The notes below the pieces were generated by a model, which saw nothing but the letters and a program-made list of their open reading frames with translations, was not told the DNA's origin and did no database searches. From Hypanus sabinus (Eukaryota): 64,000 nt of DNA. Position numbers and translations under genes: made by a program. Numbering within the stretch: the stretch's first letter is position 1; every line of letters starts with the position of its first letter. Below, piece by piece: positions 35,718 to 48,540 of this stretch. The stretch is from contig NC_082710.1 of the NCBI RefSeq assembly GCF_030144855.1, positions 165,354,001 to 165,418,000 on the forward strand, in the 5' to 3' direction.

Positions 35718-38544
35718 GGTCTGCGAAAGATCAATTTACGATCTGTTTTCTATGCATTATTCAGTTGCCAGCCACATCAATGTATTACCCTCATTTGCAT
35801 GTATTCACACATTTTAAATTCTAGCAATTTTTCTGCCATTAATGTTAAGCAAGTCTGTCAGAAGATCTCTGCTTCATTTCTCCCTACTTTTCTGAAACAT
35901 GGTTTGCATTCATTAGGATTCCACTCTGCAGAGCACTCCGGAGTCTATAGAATTTTGGAAGACGGTAAGACAACATTTCTTCACTCAACCACAGCCTGTT
36001 TTAAAACTCTGTGGTGTAGATTCTCAGACCCCTATCACCAGCTTCCCCATTCTTGTGTTTTTCCCAATACTTAATTTTGTTTCTCTTTCGCACAAGGGAA
36101 ATTCCCTAGTACTTCTGACAGCTGATGGTTGCTGCCTGTACACATTATAGATTTTCCACTCTGCCAGGGCTCAAAAAAAAATACTGCCTGCTCTATTTTT
36201 CCTGTAGGCGAGAGTAGAAATCAGAAGAAAACTCAGTATGGGCCTCGGTATTTAAAGCTAAAATTAACGATGTGGTTGTCAAACATTTCTGTAGTGCTCT
36301 ACTGTTTTTATCCAGCGCTACATGACAAAAGATTAATTTATGTTGGAAGTTTTTACATTACAAGTGTTTTGTTAATGTCAAATCATACCAAACCTGAAAT
36401 TTAATAGGGCCTTCCTTTCATGATTTTCCTTTCTAAACCCAATGTGATATTTGAAGCACTTGACAGGAATCTTAGACTGTTCTCTGAGAACCTCCTTCAG
36501 TGAACCTGAAACAAATGTCTACCAGCAAAACTCAATCTCCGTTGTGGTTTTGACCAAACATCACCCACCAACCCCTGTCTCACGCCTCTTCATGCTGTCT
36601 ACCCTGTCCACTCTCAGTCCTAATGCGGAGTCTTGTTCCAGAGCTTTGACAATCTCTTTGCCTCCCTCTCCCCCACTCCACCCTTACAATCAGATGCTCC
36701 TTGAACTGCTGACAACAGTTCCTGAAACGTTTCTTTTTGCTGGTAGTAGCTCCACTGCTTCTTCACCATTCCAATGCATTACTCCTTCAAGGCACTCTGC
36801 AATTTCTAGGTCAGTGTTGTCACTGGGCCCTTTCTAAGTCACACAACCGAGCACCTTTGTTTAAAGCCACACCAGTTCCAAATACTTTGTTAACAAAATG
36901 AGAATACATTTGTGTTGGAAAGGAGCAAACATATCACCATCACACAGGGCAATGCATCAGTAAAAAAAAAGTTAATTAAATAAAATACAAAATGTCATGG
37001 CTGAATGATAACTGTAACAAATGGGAAATGGTGGAAATACATTGTGGTTGACAGCTCGTGCACACTTCTACCTGAGTACACACGTGTAGAGGCAGTGGTT
37101 TACTTCAAAATCCTCAAGGCCCTCTGCCAAAGGTCATATCTGATCTCGCTTTGGCTTAGCTCAAATTTCCTGCGTAACCCTTGACTAACTGTAGACTAAC
37201 AATCTGGACTTTGCAGCCTTGCAATACACAAAGATTCAGCCTCCATAAAGATCAAATGTTTACAATCCCCTGAGAAGAAACTCCATTTCATTGCCACCTT
37301 AAACTGTGATATTTCTTCAAACTAGATTCACCATAAAGAGAAACATTATCTCAGCTTTGATCTTGTCAGATTTATGCAGAATCTTAATCATCAGTACAGT
37401 CAGGAGTTTAATCGTATAACCTCCGATCAGGTTAGATTCAACCTACTCAACTTTCCCTTATAAGGTAATCCTTTGATCCCATGAATGAACTGAGTCAGTC
37501 TTCCCTGATCTTCCTTCAATGAAAGCTGTCAATCCATCACACTTCTTCGTAACTCATCTGCGAGGTATAAACCATGCCTCCACCATAGAACTCATCACCT
37601 TGCTGTGTATTTCCAACATTTCTCACTTAGATTTGTCCAGTTTCTCCCAGTCCTTCTAAATTAGATTGTCCTTGCAAACCCGTTCCAATGCCTGGTCTGC
37701 TCTCCAAGTGTGCAAGCCAGTTGTGACAGCTGCAGGCAGTGCAGGAAGTTGCTGAGCATAAAAATTGCTGGGATTAAAGTAAACTTCAATGCCATGTTTA
37801 TGTTTCATGTGGTGGATGATCAACGTTCAGCGTTGAACTTCTCTTCCATGTTCGTTGCTGCCAGGGATGTGTTCACGTCAGGATTGTGTCTTATCTCATC
37901 GTATATCGTTGTGAGCTGTGCCTTTGGATTTTGCTGTCCTTCATTGGCATCCAGTTGATGTAAATGTCTCTGTGGCTTGAAAAAAAGTAACTTCAATGAC
38001 CATGTGTTCAGATTGTGTGATTATCTGAGTCACCCCTGAAACACATACTCCAAGGATATAATGCAGAAGATCTTTTTAAAGGGAATGGAATACAAGATAG
38101 TTTCAGATTTCAGTTCTGGAGGATCAAGGATTTGAAAAGATCTGTATATATTTTAAAGTAGATGGTGAAACAGAGAGGTTTAGTGTTATAAAGTAATGTC
38201 AAAAATGTCTTCTAATTGTTAGAGACCTTTGTACTATGGGACATGCAAGGAACAGGCTGCAGATCTCTGCTTTTTATGATAATCTCCATCCATCCAGCTC
38301 TGAAGAGGGAGCCCTTTTGCAGTAATGTGGAGGTTTTACCCATGGAAGAAGCTTAATTCTATAAGACATAGAGGAGGGCTACAGAGGGCCTTTCACAATG
38401 CCTGGTGAGATAATGTAGTAGTATCTCTGCATGGAGTCTCATCCTGGGGTTTTGTGTTGTAAGTAAGGAGACAAATTACTAAAATATCTATTATAGAAGG
38501 AAATCTGTACTGTCAGGGTAATCCTGATGAAGAACACAGAACAT

Positions 38545-40310
38545 AGAAATTTATAGCACATTACAGGCCCTACAGCCCACATTGTTGTGCCAACCATGTA
38601 ACCTACTCTAGAAACTGACCAGAATCTCCATAGTGCATCGCCCTCTATCTTTCTAAGCTCCACATACCTACCTAAGACCCTATTGAGTCTGCCCCTTCAC
38701 CTCCATCGCCGGCAGTGCATTCCACACACCCACCACTCTCTGTGTGGAAACCTTACCCCTGACTTCCCAACACTAGCTATTTTCATTCACTTAAAACTAT
38801 GCCTCCCAGTGTTAGCCATTTCAGCCCCAGGAAAAAGCCTCTGACTATCCACACAATCAATGCCTCTCATCATCTTATACATCTCTATCAGGTCACCTCT
38901 CATCCTTCATCGCTCCGAGGAGGAAAGGCCAAGTTCACTCAACCTATTCTCAGAAGGCATGCTCCCCAATCCAGGCAAGATCCTTAAAAATCTCCTCTGC
39001 ACACTTCACTATAATATCCACATTCCTGTAGTGAGGTGACCAGAACTGAACACAGTACTCCAAGTGGGTCTGACCAGATCATATAGCTGCAACATTACCT
39101 CATGTCCTCTGAACCCAGTCCTATGGTTTATGAATGTCCACACCCCATATACCTTCTTAACAACACTGTCAACCTACGCAGCAGCTTTGAGTGTCCTTTG
39201 GACACAGACCACAAGATCTCTCAGATCCTCCACGCTGGCAAGTGTGCAGAATATGAAGCATCTACAACCACCCTTTGCCTACTGTGGGCAAGACAGTTCT
39301 GGATCCACAAATCAAGGTCTCCTTGGATCCCATGCCCCCTTACTTTCTGAAGTAACTTTGAATAGGGAACCTTATCAAATGTTTATTGAAATCCATATGT
39401 ACTACATCCAGGACTCTACCTTCATCAGTGTGTTTTGTTACATCCTGAAAGAATTCAATCAGTCTCATAAGGCATAGCCTGCCCTTGTCAAAGCCATGCA
39501 GACTATCCTTAATTAGATTATATCTCTCCAAATGCTCATAAATCCTGCCTCTCAGGAACTTCTCCAACACTTGTCCACCACTGAAGACAGACTCACTGGT
39601 CTATAATTTCCTGGATTATCTCTACTCCATTTCTTCAACAAGCGAGCAACATTTGCAACCCTCCAATCTTCCGGTCCTCCTCCTGTCCCTGTTGATGATG
39701 CAAAGCTCATTCCAAGATGCTCAGCAATCTCCTCCCTCACTTCCCACAGTAGCCTGGATTATATCTCATCCAGCCCCATTGACTTATCTAACTTAATGCT
39801 TTTCAAAACCTCCAGCACATCCTCTTCCTTAATGTCCATATGCTCAAGCTTTTCAGTCTGCAGTAAGCTATCCCCACAACTGCCAAGGTCTTTTTCCCTG
39901 CTGAATACTGAAGCAAAGTTTTCATTAAGTACCTCCGCTACCTCCTTCGACTTCATGCATACATTTCCACTATTACACTTGATTGGTCCTATTCTTACAT
40001 GACTCATCCTCTTGCTCTTCACATACATGTAGAATGCCTTGGGGTTTCCTTAATCCTGCTCACCAAGGCCTTCTCTTGGTCCCTTTTGGCTCTCCTAATT
40101 TCATTCTTAAGATCCTTTCTATGGACCTTGTAATTTTCTAGAGCTCTAACACCTAGTTTCTTGATCCTTTCGTAAGCTTTTCTTTTCTTAAGTAGACTTT
40201 CTACATCCTTTGTTCATGATTCCTTAAACCTGCCATCCTTTCCCTGTCATAATGGAACATACCAATGCAGAAATCCATGTAAATATTCCCTGAACCTTTT
40301 CCACATTCTC
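38545..40310 (-). mobile_element. CR1 RT and 3' end with deletions
   Basis: ORFs 39759-40028, 39552-39740 (NPGNYRPVSLSSVV), 39340-39570. Confidence 0.85.
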
Positions 40311-40989
40311 GGTCAATAATGAATTGTCCAGATCTTGTTTTGTACTCAGAATTCCCTTTGGTAATTTAAACTCTGTCCACTTTCGCATGCTGGATGTTTG
40401 CCTGCATTAGTGGAAGGGAATCTGTTCCCTGCAGACAGAGCTTACAGCACCTTGGTTAGCCTCAAGTTTTGGTCAGAGCAGGATATCACAGAACAGTTTT
40501 ACGTTTTGTGCTGTTGAAAGAGCTTGCCACTGTAAAATCAAAGGAACCAAAACCGTCAATGAGTAAGTGGAGAAGACTTTGCTTAGCTGGAGGTGGGAAT
40601 GACCCTCACAGTCAGGTCGTTTGTATGTGGATGCTAGCAACACTTACCTTGAGCTGGCTGCACTGTGGATGAAATAATTATTTATTTCCTTCACAGGCTG
40701 TTTATTCACCAATGAGGTTTGTAAAGAGATGTGGTTTTACCTGTGGTTCATCCCAAACATCCCAAGAGGGGACTCTGCTTTACAGGCAGTCCCTAGGGAT
40801 GTGCAGTGAAACAGAGTTGGAGGCTTCCCACTGGCCTCTGCACCATCAAGGACTCCTTCAAAAGTCGGCATCCATCATTAACGATGTCGTCACCCAGGAC
40901 CTGGCCTTATCCCATTGATATCATCAAAGAGGAAGCAAAGGAGCAATACACGCACAATTCTGAAGGAACTCTGCAGGCCAGGCAGTACT

Positions 40990-41990
40990 AAAGGAATTGA
41001 ATAAGCAGTCGGTGTTTTGGGCTGACAGCCTCTTCAGAAATGGAAAGTAATGGGGAATGTATCAGAATAAAGTTTGGGGAAGTGGAAAGAGGACTAGCTA
41101 AAAGCTGAAATGTGTAGCCAGATGGGTGGGAAGGTAAAGGGCTAAATAAAAAAAAACACCTAATAAGAGAGGACAGTGGACCATGAGAAAAAGGGAAAAA
41201 GAAGGGGCAACACGGCGCGATGATGGGCGAGAGAAGTAAGAAGCTAGAAGTGAATAGAAGAGGGCAAGTGGAGGAAAAAAATACTGAAAGAAGACATCGG
41301 GTTGGGGGCTGCCCAGAAGGATTATGAAATGTCTTATGCTTCCATGCTTATCGTGGAAAAACAGCGAAGTCATGGACTGTTATTTTGGAATAGGAGTAGG
41401 GACAGGAATTAAAATGGCTATGCATGGGTAAATTCTCTATTCGTCCATAGCAGAGTTGTGCGACAAAGCAGTCCTCCAATTTACGTTAGGTCTCACCCAT
41501 GTAGAGAAAGCCACATCTGGAGCACTGGATACAATGGATGACTTCTGCAGATTCACAGGTGATGTGTTACCTCACCTGGAAGGTCTACTGTTGCTCTGAA
41601 TGGAGGTAAAGGAGTATGTGAATGGGCAGGTGAGGCATTTCTTTCCTTTGCTGGGATAAGCTGCATCCATGGAAATGATTAAACAGTTGAAGTTTCTGGC
41701 TGAGACATTTCTTCAGGACTAGAAAGGAAGGGGGAAGATGCCAGAATAAAAAGGTAAGGGATGAGGGAAGGGAAGGAGGATAGCTCGAAGGTGATAGGCA
41801 AAGCCAGGATGGAGAAGAATGAATCTGATAGGAGTGGAGAGTGGACCATTGGAGAAAGGGAAGAAGGAAGCGCTTCAGGGGGAGATGATAGGCAGGTGAG
41901 GAGATGCGGTAAAAGGCCGGAGTGTGGAGTACAGGAAGAGGGAAGGGAGGGGGAAGAGGGAAAATAACGGATGGAGATACAAAAAGTGGG
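40990..41990 (-). mobile_element. Degraded Penelope 3' ends, with decayed hammerhead motifs near 41020 and 41700
   Basis: gaaggtgatgtgttacctcacctggaagg EN-region sequence, purine-rich termini, cttcaggactag. Confidence 0.6.
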
Positions 41991-43449
41991 AGGGAGGTAC
42001 AGAAGCCTGAAATCACGCACTGAACGTTTCAGGAACAACTTCATCCCTGCCGCCATGGAGAATGGACCCATGTAGACGATTTCATTGATTTTTTTTTCTT
42101 TCTATCAGGGTATTTCTCTCTGCGTGCGTTAAGTATTTAATTTTTGTTGATAGATTTTTATTGTAATCCGTGGCTTTATTATTACGAATTGCAATGTACT
42201 GCTACCGCCAAACAACAATTTCCATGACACATGCCAGTGATATTAAAGCTGAATCTGATTGCGTCAATACTTCCGTCTGCTTGCTGTCCTCAGCCAAGCC
42301 ACAGGGTGGCGCGACCGGACAGGAGTTGATAAAACTGAAAGACGTACAGAGAGTAGTCTCTGTTCCACGGCGTGGGACATGTACGAACCCGGAGCGTTTA
42401 AGCTAGATTGGCTGGGTGTGGTGGGGTGGGTATGGAACACTTAACAGGAGCACGTTATTGATAAAGCAATGGCCAGTGAGAATAAATTTGGTAATCAGGA
42501 TAGCAAGGGGCATAGTAAGCGGAGGAAATTAATACTCACTTAAATTACATTTATTTCAATGCACGAGGCACGGGGAAACTCAGAGAATGATTGGCTCTGA
42601 GGAATGGGATTTCATGGTCGTAACAGAAACATGCAGAGAGATGGGTGGGCTGGTAGCTCAGTGTTCCGGGACAGAGGTAAAACACAGGAACAGGTAAGCG
42701 AAAAGAGGATGTTGCCTTCTTGTTAAGGGATCAGCGCTAGAAATGACATCATTGAGGGATTGATTGTCCAGTGAAGTCATAAGACGGGGAGGGACATTGT
42801 AATACATCTGTACCACACCCCCCCCCCACCCCAGTGGGGATTGCTCGTAGTTGTAACAATAGTGTTGTATATTAGTAGGTTGTATTTAATTTTCCTGATA
42901 TAGTTGGGCCACACAGAATGTTTAAGAGAAACACAGTGGAATTTGCAGAATGTGTCCAGGAAAGTTTCTTGACTTTATATTTAGAGGGTCTTACTTGGGA
43001 CGGTGCAACAGTAAAACTCTTCTAATGGAAAGAAGCAGGACAAGTATTTGAAGTGGAACTCAGGAAGTATTTGGGCTCTAGTGTCATCATTTTATTCGTT
43101 TTAGGATAGTGATGGGTAAAGATAGGAAAGTCCACAGTTTAGTTTGCTAAACCGGAGCAGGCCTAATTCTGAGGAATTAGGATTTAAAAAAGACGGATCC
43201 CCTGAGCCGATTTGAAAGGAAAGGAATGAATGGCTTTGAAGAGTATGATCCTGTTCCTGGTAGGACAAAGGGCCAAACCGGCAAATACAGGGACCGATGG
43301 GTGATGAGTTACTGAGACTCTGGTCAAGAAAAATAAAGAAGGAGTTTAGGAGCCAGTTCCCTGGCTCAGACTGGCACCATGCTCTCCACTACTGCAGGCG
43401 AGGAAGTTCACTCACCATAATTACCCCGTTAGTGTGAGATCCTCTGTAG

Positions 43450-44560
43450 TTATCAGAATCAGATTAGGTTTCATATCACCTGCATATGTGGTGAAACTTG
43501 TTAACTTTACGGCGTTACTTTAATGAGATATATGATGAATAAATGTGGAGAAAAAAAACTGAGATACATTAAGTATACATATGGCTATTAAATAGAGAAT
43601 ATTGAAATAAAAAGTGCAAAAGAAAACAGAAATAAAAAAGTAGTGAAATACTGTCCATGGGTTGAAAGTCCATTTTGAAGTCTGATGACAGAGGGGAAGA
43701 AGGTGTTCCTGAATCGCTGAGCGTGTGCCTTTAGGCTTCTGTCCCTCCTTCCCGACGGTAGCAGCGTGGAGGGGGCACATCCTACGTGATGGTGATCCTT
43801 AATGATGGACGCCGCCTTCTTAAGGTTCCACACCTTGAAGATGTGTTTGATACTACCGAAGTTAGTACCCATGATGGAGCTGACTAATTTTACAAGTTTC
43901 TGCAACTTCCATCGATTTTTGTGTAGTGGCACCCCTCAGCCCCCAGACCAGACAGTGAAGCAACGAGTCAGAATGCTCTCCATGGTACATTTGAATAGAA
44001 TTGACTTTATTACTTAAATCCTTCATATACATGAGGAGTAAAAAGCTTTAAGTTACGTCTCCGTCTAAATGTGAAGCATGCAATTTATAATAAACGGTAT
44101 GTACAGCAGGACAATCAGTATGACATAGAAATACTGTTGTGTCAGCGTGAGTTAATCAGTCTGATGGCCTGGTGGAAGAAGCTGTTCCGGAAACTGTCGG
44201 TCTTTGCTTTTATGCTGCGGTACCGTTTCCCAGATGGCAACTGCTGGAGCAGTTTGTGGTTGGGGTGACTCAGGTCTCCGATGATCCTTTGGGCCCTTTT
44301 TACACACCTGCCTTTGTAAATATTCTGAATAGTGAGTTCACATCTATGGATGTGACGGGCTGTCTGCTCCACCCTCTGCAGAGTCCTGCCATTGAGGGAA
44401 GTACAGTTCCCATACCAGGCAGTGATGCAGCCAGTTGGGTTGCTCTCAGTTGTGCCCCTGGAGAAAGTTCTTAAGATTTGGGGCCCCTAATAAACTTATT
44501 CAGCCGTCTGAGGTGAAAGAGGTACTGTTGTGTTGAGCTATGCCTAGTCACACAGTCATG
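43450..44560 (-). mobile_element. Two Rex1/Babar-type 3' fragments
   Basis: ORF 43588-43932 LLPSGRRDRSLKAHAQRFRNTFFPSVIRL; ORF 44142-44372 LPSGKRYRSIKAKTDSFRNSFFHQAIRLINS. Confidence 0.75.
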
Positions 44561-44614
44561 AGTGTAGAGAGGGTAGAGCAGTGGGCTAAGCGCACATCCC
44601 TGTCGGGCGTCCTT

Positions 44615-44709
44615 TCAAACTGCTTCCGTGTTCCCCCGCCCCTTCCTGTTCTCATTCGACCGAACGCAGCCACCAAAGCGAGAGGAAGTTTAAACGCTTC
44701 ACAGAAGAC
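44615..44709 (+). promoter_or_regulatory. Gene R proximal promoter / 5' UTR
   Basis: CpG-rich; CTTCCG (ETS), CCCCGCCCC (GC box), CTTCCT, GAGGAAGT (PU.1-type) at 44682-44689; strong Kozak gaagacATGG. Confidence 0.6.
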
Positions 44710-44779
44710 ATGGCCAAGAGTGGTTCTGGTGTCGTCTCCGGCGTCACGGTTATTTGCCTGTTGCTGAGCGATTTGGGAG
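44710..44779 (+). CDS. Gene R leader (signal peptide) exon
   Basis: MAKSGSGVVSGVTVICLLLSDLG + G|GTGGCT; 70 nt, phase 1; same length and flanks as the gene L leader; joins the V exon to give ...SDLGVLA-ESDGN. Confidence 0.78.
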
Positions 44780-45419
44780 GTGGCTTCATGCCTTTAAACC
44801 GGTGGGGGAAGGTACTGCAGGGGATAAACGCTGAGACCGAGGCGGGGGGCTACAGCAAGTGCTTCTGTATCTCTGTCTTTGCCCGTGCATTGAATTTCCA
44901 ATCTCGATCATTTTCACGATGCCTTTTCCTGCCCAGTTCTCCTAAGCCAGCAAGTATCTTGTGGAGGCGAGTTTCTTTATTTACCTGAGCCACGTTTGTC
45001 GTTGCATATTGGGGGTCTGGTGCGGAGGAGACTTTCCGCATGGACCTTCGGTGCCTGACTGAGGCAAATGATCTGCTTGTCAGGCCATCGCGAGCATTCA
45101 GGTGCTCCGAGTAGAGCGTGCAGCCATTTAATGATCTAAAAGTGCAAAATAAATAAATATTTATTTATTGCGTTATCGCGTAGGAGCAAAATCACCAGGT
45201 CTATATTTGGCCTGGAAATTAGGGAAATAACCGTCCAGAACGGAGCTGCAAACCGCGTCACTACAATATACTTAATTCCAAAGTAAATCATTTTTTGTAA
45301 AAGATGTAGTGAAGATTAAGTTAGTGTCAACAGATTATTAGTTCAACCTTAGATCCACAGAACAGCACTACACATACTGGCCCCTCGGCCCAGTATGTCG
45401 TGCCGAACTTTTAGACCAT

Positions 45420-48400
45420 AACACCATAAGACATAGGAGCAGAATTAGGCCATTCGGACCATCGAGTCTGCCCCACCATTCAATCATGCCTGATCCTATT
45501 TTCCCCTCCTCAGCCCACTCTCCAGCCTTCTGGCCGTAACCTTTGATGCCCTGTCCAATCAAGGAACTGTCCAGCTCTGCCTTAAATACTCTCACCAACC
45601 AGGCCTCTAAACCTGTCCGTGGTAATAAATTTCATAAATTCACCACTCTCACGCTGAAGAAATTTCTACGCATCTCTGTTTTAAATGGACGGCCCTCTAT
45701 CCTGAGACTGTGCCCTCTTGGCCTGGACTCCCCCACCATGGGAAACATCATTTCCACATCAACTCTGCCTACGCCTTTCAACATTCAAAAGGTTTCAATG
45801 AGACTCCCCCTCTCCCATCCTAAATTCCAGCGAGTGCAGGCACAGAGCCATCAGAAGTTCCTCATATGATAACCCTTTCATTCTCAGAATCATCCTTGTG
45901 AACCTCCTCTGGACGCTCTCCAATGCCAGCACATTTTTTCTTAGATGAGGAGACGAAAACTGGTGAGGCCTCACTGGTGCCCTATAAAGCCACAGCATCA
46001 CGTACTTGCTTTTGTATTCTGGACCTCTTGAAATGAATGCTAACACTGCATTTGCTTTCCTCACCACCAACTCTACCTGCAAGCTAACCTTTATGGTGTT
46101 CCGCACAAGGACTCCCAAGGAACTCTGCAGCTCAGATTTTTGGGTTTTCTCCCCATTTAGAAAATAGTCTGCACATTTATTTCTACCACCAAAGTAGAAT
46201 GCATTTTCCAACATTGTATTTCATTTGCCACTCTCTTGCTCATTCCCCTAATCAGTATAAGTCCTCATTAGCTTACCTGTTTCCGAAACTCAACCTGCCC
46301 CTCCACCAATCTTCATATCATCTGAAAACTTGGCAACAAAGTCATTTATTCCAACATCTAAATCATTGATATCCAGCATAAAAAGAAGTGGTCACAACAG
46401 CAATCCCTTTAAACACCACTGTTCACTGGTAGCCAACCAGACAAGGATCCTTTTATTCCCACTCACTGTCTCCTACCACTCAGCCAAAGCTCTAAATTTG
46501 CCAGTAATTTTCCTGTAATGCAATGGGCTCTTAACTTGTTAAGCAGCCTTATGTGTGACACTTTGTCAAAGGCTGTCTGAAAGTCCAAATATATAACATC
46601 CTCTGCATTCCCATTATCTATCCTGTGTGTAATCTCCTCAAGGAATTCCAACGTGTTTTTTCAGGCAAGATTATCCCTGAAGGAAACCATGCTGATTTTG
46701 TCCTATCTTTTCCTGTGTCACCAAGTATTCCATAACCTCATCCTTACCAACCACTGAGGTCAGACGACCTGGTCTATAATTTCCTTTTTGCTGCATTTCT
46801 TCAATTTCTTAAAGTGTGGAGTGACACCTGCAGTTTTTCAGTCCTCTAGCACTATGCCAGAGTTCAATGATTTTTGATAGATCATTACTAACGCCTCCAC
46901 AATCTCTACCACAACCTCTTTTAGAACCCAAAGTTGTTCCTGAGTGACTTATGTACCCTTAGGTCTTTCAGATTCTTAAGCACCTTTTCCCTTGTAATAG
47001 TTACTGCACTGACTTATCTTTCCTCATACCCTTCAACATCTGACACACTGCAACTGTCTTCCAAAGTGAAGATTGATACAAAATGCTAATTTAGTTCATC
47101 TGCCATCTCATTGGCCCCGGTTATTATTTCTCTGGCCTCATTTTCTGGTGGTTCTTTATCCACTCTCATCTCGGTTTTATTTTTTACATACTTGAAAAAG
47201 CTTTTGCTATCCATTTTGATATTGTTTGCTCGTTTGATTTCATATTTCATTTTAACCTCCTGATGATTTTTTAGTTGCTCTCTGTTGGGTTTTAAAACCT
47301 TTCCAATCCTCTGTCTTCCCACAAATTTCTGCTTTGTTGTATGCTTTTACATTAGCTTTTACTTCCTTTGTCAGCCTTGTTATTCTATTTTGCCATTTGA
47401 GTATTGTTTGTTTTTGGAATACATCTATCCTGCACCTTCCTTATTTTGCCCAGAAACTCATGCCAATGCGGATCTGTTGTCATCCCTGCCAGCAACTCCT
47501 TCCAATTTACTTTGGTCAACTCTTCTCTCATACCACTGTACTATCCTTTTCTCCACTGAAATATTGCTAAGTCAGACTTTACTTACTCCCTGTCAAATTT
47601 CAAGTTGAACTCAATCATATTGTGATCATTGCCTCCAAAGGGTTCTTTTACCTTAATCCCCTAATCACCTCTGATTCATTACGTAACACCCAATCCAGTA
47701 TAGCTGATGCCTCAGTAGGCTTAATGACAAACTGCTCTAAAAAAGCCATCTCATAGACATTCAACAAGCTCACTCTCTTGGGATCCATTTCCAACCTGAT
47801 TTTCCCAATCGAGCTGCATGTTGAAATCTCCCATGACTATCATAATATTGCCCTTTGAACATAACATAAGAAATAGGAGCAGGAGTTGGCCATCTGGCCC
47901 ATCAAGCCTGCTCCACCATTCAATAAAATCATGGCTGATCTGTCCACGGACTCATCTCCACCTACCTGCCTTTCCCCCATAACCCTTAATTCCCCTTCTA
48001 GGCAAAAATTTATCCGTGCTTGCTTTAAATATATTTACTGATGGAGCCTCCACTGCTTCATTGGGCAGAGAATTCCACAGATTCAGCACTCTCTAGGAAA
48101 AGCAATTCCTCCTCATCTCCATCCAAAATATATTCCCTGAATTCTACAGGCTATGTCCCCTAATTCTATTCTTACCTACAAATGGAAACAACTTTGTTTC
48201 CTGTATTTTATCTATCCTTTTTATAATTTTATTTGTTTCTTTAAGATCTCCTCTCATTCTTCTGAATTCCAGTGAGTACAGTCCCAGGTGACACAACCTC
48301 TCCTCATAGACTAACCCCCTCATCCCTGGAATCAATCTGGTGAACCTTCTCTGCACTACCTCCAAAGCCAGTATATCCTTCCTCAGGTATGGAGACCAGA

Positions 48401-48540
48401 ACCGCATGCAGTACTCCAGGTGCAACCTCACCAGTACCCTGTGCAGTTGCAGCATAACCCTGCTCTTAAATTCAATCCCTCTAGCAATGATGGCCAACAT
48501 TCCATTTGCCTTCCTGATAGCTGCTGCACCTGAAAGGCAA
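45420..48540 (-). mobile_element. Several CR1 fragments in gene R intron 1
   Basis: ORFs 45795-46214, 46463-46651 (IYLDFQTAFDKV), 47086-47322, 48144-48500; separate 3' tails at ~45420 and ~47830. Confidence 0.85.

Noticed and set aside
36208-36247. Possible 40-nt exon with good acceptor encoding GESRNQKKTQYGP (TxY-like)
   Set aside because: It is on the plus strand upstream of gene R's promoter with no partner exons, the motif lacks the V/I of an ITSM, and there is no paralog support.
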